IMG/VR virus record: IMGVR_UViG_2868238732_000001
Span: 48,913 to 112,912 of that record
DNA from: a virus
Reading direction: 5' to 3' (one strand)
Length of the DNA: 64,000 bases
Shown: piece by piece, positions 47,312 to 56,596 of the stretch
Layout of the letters: each line of letters opens with the position of its first letter
Numbering within the stretch: position 1 is the first letter of the stretch
Program-made: the position numbers and the translations under genes
Notes under the pieces: generated by a model
Databases searched by the model: none
Told to the model about the DNA's origin: nothing
Seen by the model: only the letters and a program-made list of their open reading frames with translations

Positions 47312-47381
47312 CTCTATTAAAAGAAGAATTTTATATTAAACAATTAAACAATAATATTATAAATTAAAGGAGGAACGTATT

Positions 47382-47972
47382 ATGAAGGGTAAATTATTAA
47401 GTGTTAAAGAGGTATGCAGTTTAGGAGGAGTAGCAAAAGAATACTATATAGAATCTACTAATTCAGTTGTTAAGGATGGAATTTTTGAGTACGGAGGTGG
47501 TAACTACTTTCATTGTTACAATAACCACGGTTTTAGTAAAAGTTGTGCAAGTATTAGAGATGGTAAGATTAAAGTCTATGAGTGGACTAATAAGGATGAA
47601 AGAAGGAATAATATTATGAAAAACGCAGTAGTTAAATTTCCAAATACATCAAAGCAATATCACTTCATGACAGATTTAGATTTAGAAACAGGAGATATGG
47701 TTGTTTGTGATACCGCAGTAGGAGTAACAGTTGCTATAGTTACAAGATTAGAAGAAGAAGTCTCTTCGTTAGCGACAAAATGGATTATAGGTAAAGTTGA
47801 TATGGCTGCTCACACTAAAAGAATGGAGCTTGAAGCTAAGAAAAAAGATATCAAAGCAAAAATGGAGAAGAGAAGGAAGAAACTTGAGGACATTGCAGTA
47901 TTCTCTATATTGGCTAAGGAGGATCCAGATATGGCTGAGTTATTAAAAGAGTATCAAGAAATCAATAATTAG
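47382..47972 (+). CDS. Hypothetical phage protein
   Basis: AGGAGG RBS; C-terminal coiled coil. Confidence 0.8.
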   Translation: MKGKLLSVKEVCSLGGVAKEYYIESTNSVVKDGIFEYGGGNYFHCYNNHGFSKSCASIRDGKIKVYEWTNKDERRNNIMKNAVVKFPNTSKQYHFMTDLDLETGDMVVCDTAVGVTVAIVTRLEEEVSSLATKWIIGKVDMAAHTKRMELEAKKKDIKAKMEKRRKKLEDIAVFSILAKEDPDMAELLKEYQEINN

Positions 47973-48023
47973 AGATATAAAAAGAAGGTTCTATATGACT
48001 TTAAATAGAGGGAGGAATATTAA

Positions 48024-48293
48024 ATGCCAAGATTAGAAAACTGGTCAGTAACAACAGATTATCAAAATGAATTCATGGCTCCAGAATTAATGATTAAAAG
48101 ACTTCATGGAAATGTTTATGGCCATCCAAGTTTTAATGATGGAGACCCGGTAAGTACATCTACTCTTGAGAAATTTGATTATAAGAATAGAGCAGCTAAG
48201 ACGAGAAGTGGAACAGAGTATGAGTTAGGAGAAATAGACAAAGATTATGAGAAATATGTGGAAGAAAATAATATAGTATTGGAGGATTATTAA
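48024..48293 (+). CDS. Conserved hypothetical phage protein
   Basis: GGAGG RBS; LENWS...LHGNVYGHP.F.DG..V.TS. Confidence 0.8.
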   Translation: MPRLENWSVTTDYQNEFMAPELMIKRLHGNVYGHPSFNDGDPVSTSTLEKFDYKNRAAKTRSGTEYELGEIDKDYEKYVEENNIVLEDY

Positions 48294-48294
48294 A

Positions 48295-49178
48295 ATGGGA
48301 GAAATAAAGAAATATACTGATATCGTTAGGCTTGGTCATAAAATGACAGTTGGGTATTATCTCCAGGAGATCACATTACAATAACAGAGAAAATTGACGG
48401 AGCTAATTCAAGTTTTGTACCGATAGAGCTTGGAGTAGATTGTTTTTCAAGGAATATACAGGTTACTCCAGACAATACTCTAAGAGGATACTATGGTTGG
48501 ATTCAAGAAAATATCGTTTCAATAAAAGAAAAACTTAATCCCAAGTATAGATACTTTGGAGAATGGTTAATTCCACACAAAATTGTGTATAAACCTGAGT
48601 ACTATAATAATTTTTATCTATTTAATGTTTACGATGAAGATTTGGGAGAATATCTTTCAGATAACATCATGAGAAGTGAAGCAGCTAGATTAGAAATTAA
48701 AACAGTACCATTAATATACGAAGGAGAATATATATCTTTTGAACATTTAATGTCTTTTGTTGGTCAATCTGATATGGCTGTAACCTTTGGAGAAGGAATC
48801 GTAGTTAAGAATGTATCCTATAAGGACAGATATGGGCATCAAGTATTCGTTAAATTAGTTCATGAAGATTTTGCTGAAATTCAAAAGCAAAAGAAACCTA
48901 AAGATCCTTCTGTAATCACTCAAGAACAAGTCTTCGTAAATACTTATTTGGTTGAAGCCAGAGTAGATAAAATGTTGCACAAGTTAGTAGACGAAGGTAT
49001 TCTTGATGAAAATTTTGGGATAGAAGATATGGGAATGATTTTAAAAAATCTTAATACAAGAATATACGATGATTTAATCAAAGAGGAGTCTGATTATCTT
49101 CCAGCAGAATATGAGGATAAATTATTAAGAAAAGCTATTGGAGGGAAGTTACCAAAAATAGTTAAACAAATACTATAA
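48295..49178 (+). pseudogene. RNA ligase (Rnl2-like) split by a 1-nt frameshift
   Basis: The ATG at 48295 (GGAGG RBS) reads MGEIKKYTDIVRLGHKMTVG. The frame one base back, from ~48354, reads VLSPGDHITITEKIDGANSSF...FGEW...LFNVYD...EGIVVK...VKLV, continuous with the ORF-track 48585-49178. Confidence 0.8.
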
Positions 49179-49220
49179 CAATTAAACAATAATATTACAA
49201 ATCGAGAGGAGATTTTATAA

Positions 49221-49523
49221 ATGGTAATAGAGAGTAAAGTTTTAGTAGGTTCGTCAAGAGTTGAAGGAGTCGTTAAAGATATCGAGGAGACAACAGGATC
49301 GGTATTGGTTGAACATTTGATAATTGTAGACGGAAAGAATAAAAACGTAAAGCAATGGTACCACGAAAATACTGTAACAGAAGTAGCTAATGAAGAAGAG
49401 CTTAATAAGATAGTAGCGGAGATAAGTACTACTACAAAAAAATCTGCTAGAAGAATAGATGATGCCTTGAAAAAAATCGAACTAGGTGTTCTTCCTGAGA
49501 AGAGTGATTCTGATGGGGAGTAA
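49221..49523 (+). CDS. Hypothetical protein
   Basis: GAGGAG RBS. Confidence 0.75.
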   Translation: MVIESKVLVGSSRVEGVVKDIEETTGSVLVEHLIIVDGKNKNVKQWYHENTVTEVANEEELNKIVAEISTTTKKSARRIDDALKKIELGVLPEKSDSDGE

Positions 49524-50151
49524 AGTTAAAGAGACTAAGCCAAAGGTTAATAAATGCAAGTATTGTACTGGGATAATTGAGGATGCAGATTTAATTGTTT
49601 GCCCTCAGCTAGACATGAAGAGGGATTTTAAATATAAGAAAAACTCAAAGAAAGAGTTCGTAAAAGATGCTAATGGGGATTTAATACTTGTTACGTTCAA
49701 GGCTCATAAGCAATGTCATGAGAAAAAGGAAGCAGAGAGAATCGCTTGGACTAATTTATATGAGTATGTGAGAGAGGAGTATTTTGAGAAGATTGTTCCT
49801 ACTCCCATAACGATTAGGATGCAAGACTTATTTAATGGTACTAACCGTCTAGGTGGGATAATCAATTCAAAAGAGGGTTATAAGTATGACACGATTTATC
49901 ATTGTTTTGTAGAGAGTGAAAATGATATAAAAAAAGCTATTTCTAATAAAGTATTTAATAGTGAAGGACAAAAAGGAAATTATATAATGGCTATTGTTGA
50001 GAGCCGGATAGGAAATTTTGAAGATTATAAAGCAGTAGCAGCTGAGAAGGACAAGCAGAACGAGATGTCTATAGATTTCAGCAAGATATTTATTCCTGTT
50101 GAAGCCAATCAAGAAGTTAAAGAAGATTACGATATACTAGACGATTTATAG
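49513..50151 (+). CDS. Replication-cluster protein (possible helicase loader or initiator partner)
   Basis: N-terminal CKYC...C...H..CH; located directly before the DnaB-like helicase. Confidence 0.55.
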   Translation: MGSKVKETKPKVNKCKYCTGIIEDADLIVCPQLDMKRDFKYKKNSKKEFVKDANGDLILVTFKAHKQCHEKKEAERIAWTNLYEYVREEYFEKIVPTPITIRMQDLFNGTNRLGGIINSKEGYKYDTIYHCFVESENDIKKAISNKVFNSEGQKGNYIMAIVESRIGNFEDYKAVAAEKDKQNEMSIDFSKIFIPVEANQEVKEDYDILDDL

Positions 50152-50161
50152 GAGGGATTGG

Positions 50162-51622
50162 ATGTCAGAAGATATTAATATACAGGACATTAGTACAGAG
50201 TCTCTTGCAATCGGAATGATATTAAACGATCCCAATATACTGCTTGGATATTTAGATTTAATAAATCCAGTACATGACTTTTCAGATGAAAATTTAAGGT
50301 TTCTATATAATCAAGTAATTGGGACTTATTTAAACCATGATGTTATTAGTGAGACGTCTGTAAATATTGAAATTTCAAAGTTAGAAGATGATCAACAGAC
50401 ACTATATAAGAAATTGGGTGGATACAAAAGCCTTCAAAGATTAGCACAAGTTGCAACGATAAATCAAGACTTTAAGAAAATCTATGGAAAGTTAAAAACT
50501 TTTAATGTTTTGAGAGAACTTCAACTAAAAGGATTTAAAATGACAGAGGAAATCTATGAAAAACTTAAAGATAAATCCGTTGAGTTTATTCTTAGAGCAT
50601 ATGAACTTCAATTAACAAAAGTAGGAACCCATATTGGAGGAGTAAACGATTCTGTTCGATTAGGGGATGGAATAGTAGATTTCTATGAAAAACTGAAACT
50701 TGAGCCAGATATAGGAATAGAAATACCTTTCAGTGGTCTTAATTATCTAACAAGGGGTATTAGAAAACGTACAGTTAATTCTTATCTTATGCTTTCAGGT
50801 CAAGGCAAGAGTAGGTTGATGGTTAGGATACTTGTTCATACATCAATTATTGGAAACACAAAGTTTCTAGTCTTAGTAAATGAAGAAAATTTGTCAGATT
50901 GGCAATTAAAAATCCTTACCTGTGTAGCAAATGTAGTCTTCTCAGATAAATATGGAGGATTAATAGTTGAAGAAAACGAGATAGCAAGAGGATTAACTGG
51001 TATGAAAGATGCTATGGTCAAAGAGGCTGCCGAATATATTCAATTGAACTCAAAGATTAGATTCTTTGAAACTCAAATATATGACTATGAGACTATAAGA
51101 ATGACCTTTAGACAGCATAGATTAAGGTATGGAATTGAGCATTACATTATAGATACTATGAAAGCCTATAGAGGGAAAGGAACAGAAGGTATGGCAGAGT
51201 ATGCAATGTATGCTTACACCATAGAACGATTTAAGGCCTTAGCTAAGGAGCTAGATATAAGTATCACTCTAACTCAGCAGTTGTTGGATACAGTCCAGGA
51301 GACTAAGAAAATGGACTCGACTCAAATTTCAGGCAGCAAAAGTACGAAGCATTCGATGGACACTATGGTTATGTACAGAAAATTAGATTATGCTGACAAG
51401 AAAAAAATTAAGGTGAAGATACAAATGGACGGTAATCCGTTTAATGGACAAGTACAGGATTTAGAAAAAGATGGAGTATATTATTTATGTTTCCTCGAGA
51501 AAAATCGGGCGGGATTAGACAAAGTGAATCTGATACTCAAAGTGAATGTTGGAGCGATTTTGTTCCAAGAGATAGGAACAGCCGTTTTTTCAAGTGGTAA
51601 AAAGAAAGTAGAAGAGGAGTGA
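50162..51622 (+). CDS. dnaB: DnaB-like replicative helicase
   Basis: Walker A LSGQGKS, Walker B YIIDTMK, TQQL, EKNRAG. Confidence 0.88.
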   Translation: MSEDINIQDISTESLAIGMILNDPNILLGYLDLINPVHDFSDENLRFLYNQVIGTYLNHDVISETSVNIEISKLEDDQQTLYKKLGGYKSLQRLAQVATINQDFKKIYGKLKTFNVLRELQLKGFKMTEEIYEKLKDKSVEFILRAYELQLTKVGTHIGGVNDSVRLGDGIVDFYEKLKLEPDIGIEIPFSGLNYLTRGIRKRTVNSYLMLSGQGKSRLMVRILVHTSIIGNTKFLVLVNEENLSDWQLKILTCVANVVFSDKYGGLIVEENEIARGLTGMKDAMVKEAAEYIQLNSKIRFFETQIYDYETIRMTFRQHRLRYGIEHYIIDTMKAYRGKGTEGMAEYAMYAYTIERFKALAKELDISITLTQQLLDTVQETKKMDSTQISGSKSTKHSMDTMVMYRKLDYADKKKIKVKIQMDGNPFNGQVQDLEKDGVYYLCFLEKNRAGLDKVNLILKVNVGAILFQEIGTAVFSSGKKKVEEE

Positions 51623-51628
51623 TAATTT

Positions 51629-52429
51629 TTGAGTAGAGGTGGACATAATTTTAAAGATTTAACAGGAAACGTATATGGGAGACTTACTGTAATTAAAAGA
51701 GCTGAAAATGACAAATGGGGAAAGGCTCGTTGGTGGTGTAGTTGTAGTTGTAAAAACGAAAACTTAGTTAGGGTTACAGGTACAGATTTAACAAGGAAAG
51801 ATAGGCCTACTACAAGTTGTGGATGTTTTCAAAAGGAAAGAGCAGTAGAAGCTAATACAAAGCATAATCTTAGAGGAGCAAAAATATACACTGTCTGGGC
51901 GAGTATGAATCAAAGATGTTCTGATAGTTCTCAAGAAAATTACAAGTTTTACGGAGAAAAAGGAATTACTGTGTGTGAAGGATGGAAATCAGACTTTATA
52001 ACTTTTTATAATGATATGTACGAATCTTATACAAGACATATAGAAAAGTTCGGAGAAAAGGAAACTACAATTGATAGAATTGATTGTGGAGGTAATTACG
52101 AATTAGAGAATTGTAGATGGGCAACTTGGGATGCACAACATTTAAATACAGCAATGTATGAAACAAATACGAGTGGTTGTAGCGGCGCATACTGGAGAGA
52201 ACATTTACAGAAGTATGAATTGAGAATACACTTTTTAGGTAAAACATTACCTTTAGGCTGCCATACCAATCTCGAAGATTGTATAAGGATCAGAAAAGAA
52301 GCAGAGATAAAGTATTACAAACCAATTATAAAAAGTGGTACAACTTATCCTGTTTTGGAGAAAGAACCTTTGGTAATACTAAATCCGTCGTTTACTAGAA
52401 GGCCTAACAACAAAACAGTACCATTATAA
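51629..52429 (+). CDS. HNH-AP2 homing endonuclease
   Basis: YGRLTV...WWCSCSC...SCGC; TIDRIDCGGNYELENCRWATW..Q..N; AP2-like tail. Confidence 0.88.
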   Translation: MSRGGHNFKDLTGNVYGRLTVIKRAENDKWGKARWWCSCSCKNENLVRVTGTDLTRKDRPTTSCGCFQKERAVEANTKHNLRGAKIYTVWASMNQRCSDSSQENYKFYGEKGITVCEGWKSDFITFYNDMYESYTRHIEKFGEKETTIDRIDCGGNYELENCRWATWDAQHLNTAMYETNTSGCSGAYWREHLQKYELRIHFLGKTLPLGCHTNLEDCIRIRKEAEIKYYKPIIKSGTTYPVLEKEPLVILNPSFTRRPNNKTVPL

Positions 52430-52553
52430 AACTAGAAATTTATGAGAAGAAATATGAAGACATATCGGCAGTTACAATTATTTAAAAATAAAATATTGAA
52501 GTATCTATAGATAAGAAAAGTGTGCACACCTTCAGGCATGGAGGAAATTATTA

Positions 52554-53519
52554 ATGAATAAAAAATATTTAGAATTATTCGCAGGTACAGGAATTGGTGG
52601 AATAGCATTAGAGGAAGCTGGTTATGAGAATGTAGGTTATTCAGAATTTGATAAATACGCTATACAGAATTACGACGCTAACTTCCCGGAAAGGACAAAC
52701 TTCGGAGATATAACTAAGATAGATGAAAAAGCATTGCCGGATTTCGATATGATTATTGGTGGTAGTCCTTGCACTCAGATTTCAATGATGAGCAAAACAT
52801 GGTCAGAAGATAAGAAGGTCAAAGGCTTAAAGGGAGAAGAAAGCTGTCTGTTCCATGACTATATAAGGATATTGAATGAGAAGTTACCAAGTCAGTTTAT
52901 ATTTGAAAATGTAAAGAATCTGATAAGCTCCAACAATGGAGAAGACTTCGCAATAGTGAAAGCAGCCTTTGAAGAAAACTATAATATAAAGGTTCAAACT
53001 TTAAACACATCTGATTATGGTTTGCCACACACAAGAAGAAGGTTGTACATTGTAGGTCAGAGAAGAGATTTAGGAGAATTTAATTTTGAGTTCCCAACTA
53101 AAATAATATCTAAATTAACTATGCAAGATTTATTAGACTATATAGTGGATGACAAATATTATCTAACGCAGAAAATGTATGACTGTATCATGAGTCCAGG
53201 GACTAAAGGCTGGATAAGTGGAAAGATGGAGATTAACTTACCAATAGCAAGAACTCTAACCTCTACAATGCACAAAATGCACAGAGCTGATACAGACAAT
53301 TACATCTCCACAGACTATAAACCGGAAGGTAAAACAAATCTAAGAAGGCTTATTCCAAGAGAATGTGCAAGACTCCAAGGACTTTCAGACGATTACAAGA
53401 TAGTAGTAAGCGATACACAGGCATATAGATTAATGGGCAATGCTATGAGCCTTAATGTTGTGCGTGCAATAGTTAAACAATTAAACAATAATATTATAAA
53501 AAGTAGAGAATTATTATAA
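52554..53519 (+). CDS. dcm: DNA (cytosine-5) methyltransferase
   Basis: LFAGTGIG (I), GGSPCT (IV), FENVKNL (VI), RRRLY (VIII), RLQG (IX), YRLMGNA (X). Confidence 0.95.
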   Translation: MNKKYLELFAGTGIGGIALEEAGYENVGYSEFDKYAIQNYDANFPERTNFGDITKIDEKALPDFDMIIGGSPCTQISMMSKTWSEDKKVKGLKGEESCLFHDYIRILNEKLPSQFIFENVKNLISSNNGEDFAIVKAAFEENYNIKVQTLNTSDYGLPHTRRRLYIVGQRRDLGEFNFEFPTKIISKLTMQDLLDYIVDDKYYLTQKMYDCIMSPGTKGWISGKMEINLPIARTLTSTMHKMHRADTDNYISTDYKPEGKTNLRRLIPRECARLQGLSDDYKIVVSDTQAYRLMGNAMSLNVVRAIVKQLNNNIIKSRELL

Positions 53520-54412
53520 TGAATATCCTAAGTTTATTTGATGGGATGAGCGGAGGACAGTTAGCACTGGAAAGGGCAGCTGTGGCCGTAGATAAATATT
53601 ATGCTAGTGAAATAAAACCTCACAGTATTCAGACAACACAAAAGAATTATCCTAACACAATTCAGTTAGGTGACGTTACTTTATTAACAGATGATAAATT
53701 AAAAGAATTGGGTGAAATTGACTTACTAATAGGCGGTTCTCCCTGCACGAATTTAACGATTACAGTATGTAATAATTATGATCACAACCAGGGGTTAAAG
53801 GGTGATGAGTCAAAACTTTTCTTTGAATATATAAGGATAAAGGATTTCTTAAACCCAAGATATTTCTTATTAGAGAATGTTGCAAGTATGACTGATGAGA
53901 ACAAAAATATAATTACAAAATATCTAGGGGTAGAACCTGTATTTATAGATAGCAATATATTTTCTGCTCAAGATAGAGGTCGTTATTATTGGACTAATAT
54001 TCCATTAGATCCGTTGCCGGAGGATAAGGAAGTTGTGTTAAAAGACATAATGGAATCTAATGTCGATGAGAAATATTATTATCAGAAAAACTTTAAATTT
54101 AATGGGTGGGATAAAAAAATCATAGCGACATTAGATGTAAACAGCCACGATATAGGCAAAAGAGTTTATAATCCTAATATGAAATGTGGTACTTTAACTG
54201 CAATCAACGGAGGATACCATGAAAAGAAAGTCTATGATAATGAACGATGCAGAAAACTAACCCCAATTGAGTACGAAAGGCTACAGACAGTCCCCGATGG
54301 GTATACAGAAGGTGTCAGTGATACAAAGAGACGTTCTATGCTTGGAGATGGCTGGACAATTGATGTAATAGCTTATATTTTTAAAAACCTAAACAATAGA
54401 ATAATAATATAG
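53519..54412 (+). CDS. dcm: Second DNA (cytosine-5) methyltransferase
   Basis: LFDGMSGG, GGSPCT, LENVAS, QDRGRYYW, ERLQTVP, LGDGW; TAATG overlap with the first. Confidence 0.93.
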   Translation: MNILSLFDGMSGGQLALERAAVAVDKYYASEIKPHSIQTTQKNYPNTIQLGDVTLLTDDKLKELGEIDLLIGGSPCTNLTITVCNNYDHNQGLKGDESKLFFEYIRIKDFLNPRYFLLENVASMTDENKNIITKYLGVEPVFIDSNIFSAQDRGRYYWTNIPLDPLPEDKEVVLKDIMESNVDEKYYYQKNFKFNGWDKKIIATLDVNSHDIGKRVYNPNMKCGTLTAINGGYHEKKVYDNERCRKLTPIEYERLQTVPDGYTEGVSDTKRRSMLGDGWTIDVIAYIFKNLNNRIII

Positions 54413-54430
54413 AATAGTCCTTTTAATGTA

Positions 54431-54459
54431 TTGACAATAGAACAATAATGTTATAATAT
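54431..54459 (+). promoter_or_regulatory. sigmaA promoter with the recurrent motif
   Basis: TTGACA-ATAGAACAATAATGTTA-TAATAT. Confidence 0.75.
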
Positions 54460-54490
54460 ATAGGAGTAGACAAAATATTTTGCAAAGGAG

Positions 54491-55513
54491 GTGGTGATAA
54501 TCAAAGCTAAGGAACTAAAAGAAGTTTTGGATGAAGACAGAATTATTTTCATTCTGGACAGCATTGGTTGCCATCACATCAAACCAAGTACAAAATGTGT
54601 GACAGCGGCACTCCCGGATGGAGATAACGAAAGCAGCGTCTGCTGTTATACAGATAATGAAAATTTTCATGTTGATGTTCACACAAGGTCAGCATTTCAG
54701 CTCATTAAGCATAGAGACATACTCACTCTAGTCGGCTTTATTAAAGGGATTTCTTTCCCTCAATCAATGAAGTACGTGTGTAGCCTCTTTGAATTAGATT
54801 TTTACGTTGACAAAGAATCAGAAGTACCAAAATTTCTTACATGGTTAGATTTTGTAGAGACAGGTGAAATGAAAGATTCAGATACTAAAATAACACCGTT
54901 GCCGGAAATCATTTTAGATCAATTCTTCATGGGAGCCTGTATGAAGTGGTATAACGAAGGAATAACAATCGAGGCCATGATTCACTTTGAATGTGGAGTA
55001 GACATTCAATCAGAAAGGCTTATCTTTGCAATCAGAGATAATGTCGGAGCACTCATAGGTGTAAAGGGTAGGCTACTAGATGATAGCAAAGCCGATGGAA
55101 ATAAGTATATGTACCTTTATAGTTGTGGAAAATCTTTGTTGCTCTTTGGGCTGTATCAAAATTATGAGGATATTATCAAAGCAGGAGAAATAATTGTACT
55201 GGAGTCAGAGAAAAGTGTAATAAAGCTGTGGGGAATGGGTTATAAGAATTGCGTTGGAATCTCAGGTAAGTGTCTGAGTGATACACAAGTTGAACTGGTA
55301 TTAAGATGCAATGTAGATATAGTTATAGCATTTGATAAGGATGTTTCAGAAGAAGACGTGCAAAGTAACCTAGATAAATTAAATTTCCCCGTGAAGACTC
55401 AGAAAGTATCAGTCATCAGAGATCCATTAAACCTATTAGCTGAAAAGGAATCGCCATGTGATTGTGCTGAAACTTGGAAAATATTATATGAGAATTTTAA
55501 GGAGGAGATATGA
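54491..55513 (+). CDS. DNA primase (Toprim)
   Basis: RLIFAIRD..G.LIGVKGR, KYMY, IIVLESEKS, IAFDKD. Confidence 0.88.
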   Translation: MVIIKAKELKEVLDEDRIIFILDSIGCHHIKPSTKCVTAALPDGDNESSVCCYTDNENFHVDVHTRSAFQLIKHRDILTLVGFIKGISFPQSMKYVCSLFELDFYVDKESEVPKFLTWLDFVETGEMKDSDTKITPLPEIILDQFFMGACMKWYNEGITIEAMIHFECGVDIQSERLIFAIRDNVGALIGVKGRLLDDSKADGNKYMYLYSCGKSLLLFGLYQNYEDIIKAGEIIVLESEKSVIKLWGMGYKNCVGISGKCLSDTQVELVLRCNVDIVIAFDKDVSEEDVQSNLDKLNFPVKTQKVSVIRDPLNLLAEKESPCDCAETWKILYENFKEEI

Positions 55514-56416
55514 ATGACAAAACATTCAGATATGATAGGTCAAGTTTTTAATAGACTTACAGTTATATCTTATTATGGAGTGGATAAAGGAAGACGTATT
55601 TTATGGTTATGTAGATGCAGTTGTGATAATGATAAAGATATTATAGTAAACGGAACTAGTTTAAGAAATGGACATACACAATCTTGTGGCTGTCTGAAGA
55701 AGGAAGCTGGATCAGCTAGAAGTATTGATATAACTGGACAAAAATTTGGGCGATTAACAGTGATATCTCACAATGGAAGTAATGAAGATCGTAGAAGTTT
55801 ATGGCTTTGTAAATGTGATTGTGGTGAAGAAGTTACTGTTACAGGAAAAGAATTAAGAAATGGAAGTGTTCAATCATGTGGTTGTCTTAGTCGTGAGATT
55901 AGCTCAAAAAATGGAAAATTAAACAAAAAATATAGTACTTATGATTTAAGTGGTAGTTACGGAATTGGTTATACTAAAAAGAATGAACCATTTTATTTTG
56001 ATTTGGAAGATTTTGATAAGATTAAAGATATCTGTTGGAGATATAATACAGATGATTATATAGCAAGTGATAAGGTATTAATGCATCGTCTAATTATGGA
56101 TTGTCCAAAAGATATGGAAGTTGATCATATTTATCGTGTTCATCACGATAATAGAAAAAGTGAACTAAGGATAGTTACCAGTAGCCAAAATAATATGAAT
56201 GCTAAAACTAGAAGTGACAACATATCTGGTGTGAAAGGTGTATATTTTCACAATGATAGTATGAAGTGGGCTTCAAATATAAAGGCAGGAGGAAAATGCT
56301 GGTGTAAAGAGTTTATTAAGAAAGAGGATGCAGTAGCTTATAGAAAATTATTAGAAATAAAATATCATGGTGAGTATGCATTAAAGAAGAATCCGGAGAC
56401 AACAATTAAACAATAA
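55514..56416 (+). CDS. HNH-AP2 homing endonuclease with duplicated zinc module
   Basis: Two FxRLTV...WLCxCxC...SCGC modules; LMHRLI...EVDHI...HDNRKSELR; SGVKGV AP2 tail. Confidence 0.9.
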   Translation: MTKHSDMIGQVFNRLTVISYYGVDKGRRILWLCRCSCDNDKDIIVNGTSLRNGHTQSCGCLKKEAGSARSIDITGQKFGRLTVISHNGSNEDRRSLWLCKCDCGEEVTVTGKELRNGSVQSCGCLSREISSKNGKLNKKYSTYDLSGSYGIGYTKKNEPFYFDLEDFDKIKDICWRYNTDDYIASDKVLMHRLIMDCPKDMEVDHIYRVHHDNRKSELRIVTSSQNNMNAKTRSDNISGVKGVYFHNDSMKWASNIKAGGKCWCKEFIKKEDAVAYRKLLEIKYHGEYALKKNPETTIKQ

Positions 56417-56437
56417 TATTATAAAGGAGAAATAGTT

Positions 56438-56596
56438 ATGGCAAAATTAACAAAGAAGAGATGTAAAATGTGTGGTACTAAAATAGATCCAGAAAAGGTA
56501 GTAGTCCATGAAGGTGATAATTACTGTTCTCAAAGTTGCGTAGATTGGCATATTGAAACCTTTGAACAGGATGAGGAGGTAAAACCTATTGATTAA
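56438..56596 (+). CDS. Small zinc-binding protein (52 aa, not in the ORF track)
   Basis: AAAGGAG RBS; CKMCG...YCSQSC. Confidence 0.7.
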   Translation: MAKLTKKRCKMCGTKIDPEKVVVHEGDNYCSQSCVDWHIETFEQDEEVKPID

